This document shows, one piece after another, positions 8,934 to 16,805 of a stretch of DNA of 32,000 nt. Where the stretch lies: positions 2,190,001-2,222,000 of the forward strand of contig NC_009483.1 of the NCBI RefSeq assembly GCF_000016745.1, read 5' to 3'. Numbering within the stretch: the stretch's first letter is position 1; each line of letters starts with the position of its first letter. The position numbers were made by a program, and so were the translations under genes. The notes under the pieces were generated by a model. The model saw only the letters and a program-made list of their open reading frames with translations, searched no databases and was not told the DNA's origin. The stretch comes from Geotalea uraniireducens Rf4. Its GTDB lineage: Bacteria > Desulfobacterota > Desulfuromonadia > Geobacterales > Geobacteraceae.

Positions 8934-9589
8934 GATGACTGCCTCTGGGTGAAGGTGATTACTCTTGCGTCTTCCAACAGTGGGACGATCTCCGGGGTTG
9001 AAGAAAGGAACAGGGATGTTCTTCCAGGTTTTTCAAGGTGGAACTCTCGGGCAATCCTGAGAAATTGGTTTCTTTCATTATAGTTAAGCCCTGTCAGCGG
9101 CGATTCGTAGATCACCAGATCGGGATCCATGAGCATTGTCCTGGCAAGGCCGGCCAATCTTTTCTGGAAAAGGGGTATGTGACCCGGTAACGCCATCAGT
9201 TTTCCGCTGTAGCCGAGTCGGTTCAGGACAGCCAGCCCCATCTGCTCAATCTGCTCACGGCTGAACTTGTTTGAATAAGCGAGCGGCAGGACGACATTTT
9301 CCCACACCTTCAAGTTTGAAACCAGTCCGCCGGAAGCGTATATCAGGCCAATCCGCTGTCGTACGGCGGATAATTCCCGGTCGGTAAAGGTCGAGATGTC
9401 GGTGTCGAACAGGAACAGCCTTCCGCTTGCAGGTCTGATAAAGCCGAGCAGCAGTCTGACCAGGCAGGCATCTACTTCCTCTTTGGCCGTCACAACAATG
9501 GAGGTAGAGCCGCTTTCAACCGTGAAGGATGTTTCTTCCAGGAGCGTATCAAAACTAAGGCTTTCGGCTTTTATAATTTCTGTCATCAT
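8930..9589 (-). CDS. MlaF-like ABC nucleotide-binding-domain homolog with degenerate catalytic motifs (probable pseudo-ATPase)
   Basis: There is clear NBD-like similarity to E. coli MlaF: 'VRLLLGFIRPASGRLFLFDTDI', 'RQRIGLIYASGGLVSNLKVWENVVLPL' and 'DPDLVIYESPLTGLN'. Walker A is 'TAKEEVDAC' instead of GxxGxGK[ST]. The Q-loop Q is replaced by A, LSGGQ is 'IPLFQ', Walker B D-E is 'E-S', and the H-loop H is replaced by S. Confidence 0.72.
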   Translation of the reverse strand: MMTEIIKAESLSFDTLLEETSFTVESGSTSIVVTAKEEVDACLVRLLLGFIRPASGRLFLFDTDISTFTDRELSAVRQRIGLIYASGGLVSNLKVWENVVLPLAYSNKFSREQIEQMGLAVLNRLGYSGKLMALPGHIPLFQKRLAGLARTMLMDPDLVIYESPLTGLNYNERNQFLRIAREFHLEKPGRTSLFLSSTPEIVPLLEDARVITFTQRQSS

Positions 9590-9635
9590 TATTAGCGGCG
9601 ATTTCCGGTTAAGTTCAATAAGTCTCTTACTGTGG

Positions 9636-10412
9636 TCATAACAAGGAAACTACCGTTATTATACCATCGAGCAAGAATACGAGAAACAGGCTCTGCATTA
9701 CCCCTTTGGTTGCAGCCTGCGGGATCTGGGTTGCACTCTTGCCGACACCGAGTCCCTGTTTGCAGCATGCTGCGGAAAGAAACAGGCCGAAGAAGAAACT
9801 TTTGGCAACAGACCTCCCCAGTTCCTTCAAGGTCAAGCTCGTAAATACACCCTCGGAGAATCGATCGAACGGTACGTGCCAGCCGATGGAAGCGACTATA
9901 AATCCACCGAAAATAGACGCTATTTCAAAGTAGATGGTGAGAATCATGACGGCCGTGGTCACACCGAATATCCGCGGCATTATCAGGTATTGGCCGGCAG
10001 GGATGCCGAGGGACTCGATGCTTTCGATCTCGTTGTTGATTTTCATGTAACCGAGTTCCGTGGCAATTGCCGTGCCGCTTCTGGCAATGACGACAATGGC
10101 GGTCAACAGGGGCCCGAGTTCCCTGATAACGACCCAGATCAGGACTTTGCCGGTAAGGATTTCGTTGCCGGCGCCCACCAGGCTTATGATCTGGGTGATG
10201 ATGACAACGCCGATGGTGAGAGATATTACAACGATTACCTTGAGCGCCTCAAGACCGGTAAAGTAGACCTGCTTCATGAAAACCGTGAAAACGGGGCGAC
10301 GGCCGTAACGTATTGTTGCCGGAATATTTATGCAGGCTTGAAGGATGATGTCAACCAGATCCGACAGGTCCAGGATACGATAGATTATCCAACGCCCGAG
10401 TGCTGTTATCAT
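9636..10412 (-). CDS. MlaE-family ABC transporter permease
   Basis: 258-aa polytopic membrane protein carrying the family hallmark 'RELGPLLTAIVVIARSGTAIATELGYMKINNEIESIESLG'. Confidence 0.85.
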   Translation of the reverse strand: MITALGRWIIYRILDLSDLVDIILQACINIPATIRYGRRPVFTVFMKQVYFTGLEALKVIVVISLTIGVVIITQIISLVGAGNEILTGKVLIWVVIRELGPLLTAIVVIARSGTAIATELGYMKINNEIESIESLGIPAGQYLIMPRIFGVTTAVMILTIYFEIASIFGGFIVASIGWHVPFDRFSEGVFTSLTLKELGRSVAKSFFFGLFLSAACCKQGLGVGKSATQIPQAATKGVMQSLFLVFLLDGIITVVSLL

Positions 10413-10427
10413 TGGGTTTCCCCGCCG

Positions 10428-11186
10428 TTAAAAGTCATAGACAGCGCCGTCCTTGAGCAATTCGATCTGTGCAATGCCGAGCTCCCGCAGCTCAGCAGCG
10501 ATCTTGGCGTAATACTGGGGTTTAGGGTGGGTGACCAGTATGTGTGGCGGCAGCTTCTTTATTTTTTTCAGTTCTTCGGCAAGGAGCGAGGATGTTAAAT
10601 GGCGGGTCAGAAGGGCCATTTCTTCCATTTCGTTGGGAAAAGACACCTCGACGATCAGCGCAGACAGGTCGTCGGCCCATTCCCAGATCCGGTCGGTTGG
10701 TCCGGTGTCGCCGGTGTAGAGAATTGACTTGCCGTTTCTGCGGACCAAATATCCTACTGCCGGTACGGAATGGTCTACCCGTATTGCGGTAATTGAGTAC
10801 CCGTCTATTTGAATTTCCTTTTCCGGTTCGATTTGCCAATAGGTTATAATGGGTGATTCTGTGGTCGGTATTTTGCTGAAGTCGGGCCAGATTACGTTAT
10901 TCAAAAGGTGGGAACTGATTGCTTCAAGTACTTCTTTGATGCCGGCTATTTTGACATTGTTGCATAGTTTTTTGATAACGATGTTGTCGGCGAGGAGAGG
11001 AATATCCCGGATATGATCGAGATGGGCGTGGGTCACGAAAATATATTTGATCGCCCATTGCTCTTCTTCTGAGAGCACCGAGCCGATTGTTCCGCCATCC
11101 AGCATGAGTGAGTCGTCGATAAGGAAGGCGGATGGGCGGAAGTTGGGAAATTCTGCCCCGGCACATCCCAGTACGCGCAATTTCAT
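10428..11186 (-). CDS. Metallo-beta-lactamase-fold hydrolase, class-II 3',5'-cyclic-nucleotide phosphodiesterase-like
   Basis: 'THAHLDHIRDIP' matches the HxHxDH metal motif and most of the class-II cNMP PDE signature (HxHLDH[LIVM]). Further 'VDHS' and 'YTGDTG' motifs are present. The start ATG at 11186 is preceded by AGAGGAAAACT. The stop lies 15 nt before the MlaE-like start. Confidence 0.68.
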   Translation of the reverse strand: MKLRVLGCAGAEFPNFRPSAFLIDDSLMLDGGTIGSVLSEEEQWAIKYIFVTHAHLDHIRDIPLLADNIVIKKLCNNVKIAGIKEVLEAISSHLLNNVIWPDFSKIPTTESPIITYWQIEPEKEIQIDGYSITAIRVDHSVPAVGYLVRRNGKSILYTGDTGPTDRIWEWADDLSALIVEVSFPNEMEEMALLTRHLTSSLLAEELKKIKKLPPHILVTHPKPQYYAKIAAELRELGIAQIELLKDGAVYDF

Positions 11187-11352
11187 AGTTTTCCTCTTTG
11201 TCCGGATCGAAAAAAAGGGGCGCAAAACGTAAATATTTGTCAGTTGAAGGCCTGATTTATGCTAGAGTTTAACCTGATCATAATTGTTCGTCAACATAGA
11301 TGCTGAGGGCGCATGCAGTTTGAATATTGATATGCTGGTTTTTAAAAAAAGC

Positions 11353-11381
11353 TTGCATTTCCGCTGTTCACATGGTAAACA
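11353..11381 (+). promoter_or_regulatory. Candidate sigma70-type promoter for rimP-nusA-infB operon
   Basis: TTGCAT (11353-11358) is separated by a 17-nt spacer from an extended -10-like TGgTAAACA (11373-11381). An A-rich tract (TTTAAAAAAAG) lies upstream. The -10 match is weak. Confidence 0.3.
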
Positions 11382-11398
11382 GGAAAGTACAAGTTAAT

Positions 11399-11437
11399 GT
11401 TCACTCAAAAGTGAGCTCCTCAGGCTCACTTTTTTTT
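11399..11437 (+). promoter_or_regulatory. Leader attenuator candidate: two mutually exclusive hairpins plus U8 tract upstream of rimP
   Basis: AGTGAGC (11410-11416) can pair upstream with GTTCACT (11399-11405, one G-U pair) or downstream with GCTCACT (11424-11430). The downstream hairpin runs directly into an 8-T run (11430-11437). Confidence 0.45.
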
Positions 11438-11451
11438 ATGGAAAATTGTAT

Positions 11452-11931
11452 ATGGCAAAAGTTGATGTAATATCGCGGGTAACAGTTCTTGCCGAACAGG
11501 TGATTTCTTCGCTCGGTATGGAGCTCGTTGACTTGGAATACAAGCGCGAAGGAAGGGAAATGGTTCTGCGCCTCTTTGTTGATAAAGAGGGTGGGGTAAA
11601 CCTTGATGACTGCGCATCTGTCAGCAGGGAGTTGTCGGAAGTTCTGGATGTGGAGGATGTCATCTCCGAGCATTATAGTCTGGAAGTTTCCTCCCCCGGG
11701 ATTGATCGACCATTAAAAAAAGTCGAGGATTTCCAGCGATTCAAAGGGCGGTTGGTGAAGATCAGGACTTTTGAGCCTTTGCCGGATGATGCGGGCAACA
11801 AGCGAAAGACGTTTCTCGGCGAATTGAAGGGGATTGAAAACGGGGTGGTACTGGTAGCCCTCAAGGAAGGGCAGAATGCGGCCATTCCCTTTGAGAAGGT
11901 AGCAAAGGCTAACCTGGAGTTTGAGTTTTAA
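11452..11931 (+). CDS. rimP: Ribosome maturation factor RimP
   Basis: 'VEQVISSLGMELVDLEY..EGREMVLRLFVDKEGGVNLDDC..VSRELSEVLD' and 'YSLEVSSPGIDRPL' are typical RimP sequences. ATG at 11452 is my chosen start; TTG at 11446 is also possible. Confidence 0.9.
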   Translation: MAKVDVISRVTVLAEQVISSLGMELVDLEYKREGREMVLRLFVDKEGGVNLDDCASVSRELSEVLDVEDVISEHYSLEVSSPGIDRPLKKVEDFQRFKGRLVKIRTFEPLPDDAGNKRKTFLGELKGIENGVVLVALKEGQNAAIPFEKVAKANLEFEF

Positions 11932-11985
11932 ATACGGACTTTCTGTATTATATTAATTAATTAGAAGGATTAAGGAGATAGAAAC

Positions 11986-13137
11986 GTGGAAACGAACTTC
12001 AACCTCAAGCATACTATCGATCAGATTGTAAAGGAAAAGGGGATTGATAAGGATGTGGTGTTGGAAGCTCTTGAGCAGGCTGTTCTTACTGCCGCCAACA
12101 AAAAATTCCGCAACACCCGCGATCTTGAAGCCCACTACAACCCTGAGATCGGTGAGGTTGAACTGTTTGAGTTTGTGACCGTTGTTGAAGAGGTGCAGGA
12201 TTCCTACAAGGAAATAGACCTGGATGAAGCGCGCGAAATAGATCCTGACGTGGAAGTAGGTGACTCGCTGGGGATGAAGATGGACGCAAGCGGTTTCAGC
12301 CGCATTGCTGCCCAGACCGCCAAGCAGGTGATTATCCAGAAGGTGCGTGAAGCGGAGCGTGAAACCATCTTCAATGAGTTTCAGGAGCGACATGGTGAGG
12401 TAATAAACGGGGTTGTGCGGCGTTTTGAAAAGGGTGACCTGGTGGTTGACTTGGGGCGTGCAGAGGCGCTTCTTCCTCATAAGGAGCAGGCTCCGCGTGA
12501 GGTTTATCGTCAGGGAGATCGCGTCAAGGCCCTTATCACCGAGATACGCATGACTACCAAGGGACCACAGATACTGCTGTCGCGGACCCATCCGATGATG
12601 CTGGCCAAGTTGTTCGAGGCTGAGGTGCCGGAAATTGCCGAAGGAATCGTCGAGATCAAAAGTGTTGTCAGGGAGCCGGGGAGTCGGGCTAAGATAGCGG
12701 TCTATTCCCATGATTCAGATGTGGACCCGGTCGGTGCCTGCGTCGGTATGCGCGGCAGCAGGGTGCAGAATGTGGTTTCAGAGCTCAGGGGCGAAAAAAT
12801 CGATATTATTCCCTGGTCCGAAGACGTTGCCAGGTTTGCCTGTAATGCACTGGCTCCTGCAGTGGTTTCGAAGGTATACGTAGATGAAGACAATCGTTCC
12901 ATGGAAATTGTTGTGGCTGATGACCAGCTTTCGCTCGCAATCGGCAAGCGTGGTCAGAACGTCCGCCTTGCAGCGAAGTTGACCGGCTGGAGGATCGATA
13001 TCAAGAGCGAAACCCGTGTAGCTGAAGCCGAACTGTTGCAATTCGCCTCCTTTGACGGTACAGAGGAAGAAGAGACGATTGAGGAGACATCAGAGCCGGC
13101 TGCTGCTGTTGAAACAGAAGAGCTGAACGAAGAGTAA
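11986..13137 (+). CDS. nusA: Transcription termination/antitermination factor NusA
   Basis: The GTG start follows AAGGAG. The translation shows an N-terminal domain, an S1 domain ('GEVINGVVRRFEKGDLVVDLG') and KH domains ('GACVGMRGSRVQ', 'LAIGKRGQNVRLA'). It ends in an acidic tail and has no AR1/AR2 repeats. Confidence 0.95.
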   Translation: METNFNLKHTIDQIVKEKGIDKDVVLEALEQAVLTAANKKFRNTRDLEAHYNPEIGEVELFEFVTVVEEVQDSYKEIDLDEAREIDPDVEVGDSLGMKMDASGFSRIAAQTAKQVIIQKVREAERETIFNEFQERHGEVINGVVRRFEKGDLVVDLGRAEALLPHKEQAPREVYRQGDRVKALITEIRMTTKGPQILLSRTHPMMLAKLFEAEVPEIAEGIVEIKSVVREPGSRAKIAVYSHDSDVDPVGACVGMRGSRVQNVVSELRGEKIDIIPWSEDVARFACNALAPAVVSKVYVDEDNRSMEIVVADDQLSLAIGKRGQNVRLAAKLTGWRIDIKSETRVAEAELLQFASFDGTEEEETIEETSEPAAAVETEELNEE

Positions 13138-13139
13138 TC

Positions 13140-13733
13140 ATGTCTGGAAATGGGCCTCAGAGAAGCTGCATCTACTGCCGTACGGTAAGAAACAAGCAGG
13201 AGTTGCTGCGCTTCGTTCTGTCTCCTGATCGCGTTCTGGTTCCGGATCTGCAAGATAAGCTTCCTGGACGCGGAGCATATACCTGCATGAATATATTTTG
13301 TCTCAGGGGTGCAGCTGATAAAAAACAGTTTAGCCGGGCGTTTAAAGGCGAAGTCCGGGAAGCCGATGCCACAGGGCTTGTAAGTGGTATTGAGACCAGG
13401 ATCAAGGATAGGATCGCCTCTTATATATCCCTTGCAAACAAGGCGGGAAAAGTCGTTTCAGGCACCGACATGGTGCTGGAGGCCATGAAACGTCGCAGCC
13501 TCGGGATATTGTTTGTTGCCTCCGATATATCTGACGACATTGGATTGAAAGTTAAGGACCATGCAGTACGGGCCGGTGTAGAGTATATATCCATATTTGA
13601 TAAGGACCGTCTCGGCGCGCTTATCGGTAAGGGATTACGAAGTGTTGTGGCAGTTGAGGAGGGCGGATTCATTCGCTCGCTTAAGCAGGAGATGGAAAAG
13701 TACAGGAACTTCTTTGAGGAGGGACGAGAGTAG
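13140..13733 (+). CDS. YlxR (DUF448)-like RNA-binding domain fused to an L7Ae/YlxQ-like domain
   Basis: The N-terminus ('[19 protein letters not shown]...LPGRGAYTC') is YlxR-like. The C-terminus ('[34 protein letters not shown]...[15 protein letters not shown]') is L7Ae/YlxQ-like. The gene sits between nusA and infB, as in the Bacillus nusA-ylxR-ylxQ-infB arrangement. Confidence 0.8.
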
Positions 13734-16382
13734 ATGAGTAAAACCCGTGTATATGAGCTGGCACAGCAGATGGGCATCGAAAATAAAGAGCTTATGTCAA
13801 GATTAAAGGCCATAGGTGTGGAAGTAAGTAATCATATGGCTGCTATTGATGATGCTGACATTAAAAAGCTGACTGCGCCGGCGACGGTCAAAGAAGTCTC
13901 TCAGGAAGAAGTGCGTGTTAAACCGACCCTGATCCGCCGTCGTGCCAAGGTTGTCGAAACCGTGGCTGAGGAGGCTCCTGAAGAGGTGGCGGTTGAAGCG
14001 CCTCCGGTCAAAGTAGTTGAAGCCGAGATTGAGAAACCTGAGCCGGTTGTAGTAGCAGCGGTAGAGGTTGCCAAACCTGCTCCGGAGGAAGTGGTGAAAG
14101 TTGAGCGTGTGGAAGAACCTCAACCTGAAAAACCGACCGCAAACAGGGCAAGAATCCTCGGCAGGATGGAAATCCCCGGCTTGAAACCGAAGGAAAGACC
14201 GCCGGTTCAGCGTGAAGCTCAACGCCCTGCTGTTGCGCCATCGCGCGCTCCTGAACGGCCGGCTGCAAAACCTGGTACGGAGAGACCTGCCTCACAGCGT
14301 TATCCTGACAGACCTGCGCCACCACGCGGTACTGAAAGGCCGTCTACATCACGCGTGCCTGAGCGTGTAACGCCGATTGTCCCGCTTGCAGTTCCTCCAG
14401 TGGGTGAAGAACGTCGAAAAGGGCGCAAGGGTAAAGAAGTTGCTGCCGGAAATGGAAAAAAGGGTGCGGCCGGTGTCGTCGTACCCAAGAGAAAAGAGGA
14501 ATTCAAAAAGACCGATTTGCTTGAGAAGCATGAGCGGATTTTTGAACCCGGTCCGCGCGGCAAAGGTAAAAAACGGCATGTGGAGAAGGTTTCCGTCGGC
14601 AAGAAGACGGAGATAACCGTTCCAAAAGCCATTAAAAGGATTATCAAGATATCTGAAACCATAACAGTCGGCGAGCTGGCCAAACGAATGGGGATAAAGG
14701 CCACTGACCTTATTCGCGCCCTGATGAAAATGGGGGTCATGGCCACCATCAATCATCCGCTTGATGTGGATACGGCTACACTTCTCGCAACAGAGTTCGG
14801 TTATGAAATTGAAAACGTCGCTCTCGACATCGATGAAATTCTTGAGTCAGCGCCCGATGCGCTGGAGAGCCTGGTGAAGAGACCCCCTGTCGTAACTATC
14901 ATGGGTCACGTTGACCATGGTAAAACCTCACTTCTCGATGCCATCAGGGAAGCAAACGTTATTGCCGGCGAGGCGGGCGGCATTACCCAGCACATAGGCG
15001 CTTACGATGTGGAGCTGAACGGGCGGAAGATTACCTTTCTCGATACTCCCGGTCACGAAGCTTTTACCGCAATGCGCGCCAGGGGCGCCAAGGTTACGGA
15101 CATCGTCATCCTTGTGGTTGCGGCTGACGACGGCGTTATGCCGCAAACTCGAGAGGCGGTCAATCACTCCAAAGCTGCCGGCGTGCCGATTATTGTCGCA
15201 GTGAACAAAATCGACAAGCCTGAGGCCAAGCCCGAACGAGTCAAGCAGGAATTGATGGAGCTCGGCCTCGTTTCGGAAGAGTGGGGCGGCGATACAATTT
15301 TCGTTGAGGTTTCTGCCAAGAAACGGATCAACCTCCCTTCGCTTTTGGAAATGGTATTGCTTCAGGCTGATGTACTTGAGCTTAAGGCCAATCCGGAAAA
15401 GGCGGCTCGCGGGACAATCGTCGAGGCAAAACTCGATAAGGGTCGCGGTCCCGTTGCAACGGTACTGGTTCAAGAGGGAACCCTCAAGGTCGGAGATTAT
15501 TTCGTTGCCGGTGTTCATTTCGGCAGGGTACGTGCGATGCAGAATGATCGCGGCGATAAGGTGCTCTCCGCAGGACCTTCCATGCCTGCCGAGGTTATCG
15601 GTTTTACCGGCGTGCCGGATGCCGGTGATGTCTTTGTAGCCCTTGCCGATGAAAAACAGGCCAAGGAAATTGCCAGCCTGCGCCAACAGAAACTGCGTGA
15701 AACCGAACTGGCGAAGCACACCAAGCTTTCACTCGAACAGCTTTACGAAAAGATCCAGATGGGAGAAGTCAAGGATCTCAATGTTATTGTCAAGGGTGAC
15801 GTGCAAGGGTCCGTGGAGGCCGTTGCCGAGTCTTTGCGCAAGCTTTCCACCGATGCTATCCGCTTGAACGTTATTCATGCCTCAGTCGGCGCCATTACAG
15901 AAACCGATGTCAATCTGGCCACAGCCAGTAATGCTATCATACTCGGCTTTAACGTCCGGCCAGAGGTTAAGGCGCAGGCGCTTGCCGAAAAAGAAGGGGT
16001 TGATGTTCGCCTCTACAACATCATCTACGATGCTGTCGATGATATTAAAAAGGCCATGGAAGGCCTGTTGGAGCCGACTCTCCGGGAGAAATTCCTCGGT
16101 CGTGCCGAAATTCGTGAAACGTTTTCCGTGCCCAAGCACGGGACGGTGGCTGGTTCCTATGTGCTTGACGGTAAGATGGTCAGAAACGCGCAAGTCCGCT
16201 TGTTGCGTGACAACGTAGTTGTCTACGAAGGGAAAATGGCCAGTCTGCGCCGCTTCAAGGATGACGTTAAGGATGTGGCGACTGGTTACGAATGTGGTAT
16301 CTCTCTGGAGAATTACAACGACATCAAGGTCGGCGATATTATCGAGGCGTTTGAAATAGAAAAAATAGCCACCAAGCTTTAA
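13734..16382 (+). CDS. infB: Translation initiation factor IF-2
   Basis: 882 aa with G-domain motifs '[12 protein letters not shown]', 'DTPGH' and 'NKID', plus a conserved C-terminus. The ATG directly abuts the preceding TAG. Confidence 0.97.
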
Positions 16383-16436
16383 ATCCGGTTGATGGCGGGT
16401 AGTTGTTGGTATCAGTTGTAAATAAGGAGATGGAAG

Positions 16437-16805
16437 TTGTTTAAGCGTTCTGAAAAAGTTGCCGAGGCGGTTCATGAGCTCATATCCGAGCTGCTCGTCA
16501 AAGGGCTGAAAGATCCTAGAATTGGTTTTGTCACCATTACCGGCGTCAAAGTTACAGATGACATGCACCTTGCAACCGTCTATTTCACAGTAATAGGCAG
16601 CGATGCGGAAAAAAAGGCGACAGAGCAGGGACTGAACAGCGCTAGAGGGTTTATCCGCAAGGAAATGGGGAAAAGCCTTAGAATGCGCTATGTCCCCGAT
16701 ATTGTTTTCAAGTACGATGTATCCGTTGATTATGGTTATCGTATTGAATCTATCTTGAAAGAAATCAGCTCGTCGGAACAAAGTGATGATAAACAGGATT
16801 CTTGA
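16437..16805 (+). CDS. rbfA: Ribosome-binding factor A
   Basis: The translation includes 'RSEKVAEAVHELISELL..GLKDPRIGFVTITGVKVTDDMHLATVYF'. The TTG start lies 8 nt after AAGGAG (16424-16429). Confidence 0.9.
   Translation: MFKRSEKVAEAVHELISELLVKGLKDPRIGFVTITGVKVTDDMHLATVYFTVIGSDAEKKATEQGLNSARGFIRKEMGKSLRMRYVPDIVFKYDVSVDYGYRIESILKEISSSEQSDDKQDS

Noticed and set aside
11336-11357. A sigma54-like TGG...TTGCA arrangement upstream of rimP.
   Set aside because: The spacing between the GG and GC dinucleotides is about 17 nt, rather than the roughly 11 nt required for a -24/-12 promoter.
15882-16781. Long antisense ORFs. Examples are 15882-16781 (-) 299 aa, 14928-15719 (-) 263 aa, 11953-12711 (-) 252 aa, 27431-28171 (-) 246 aa, 19630-20361 (-) 243 aa, 9876-10598 (+) 240 aa, 28960-29625 (-) 221 aa, 16765-17376 (-) 203 aa and 22573-23121 (-) 182 aa.
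   Set aside because: Each lies entirely opposite a confidently identified conserved gene (infB, nusA, tig, pnp, mlaE-like, clpX, nrnA, dut). None has a recognisable motif, and their composition is skewed (Arg/Ser/Leu/Phe-rich), as is typical of shadow frames. The simplest explanation is non-coding antisense frames.
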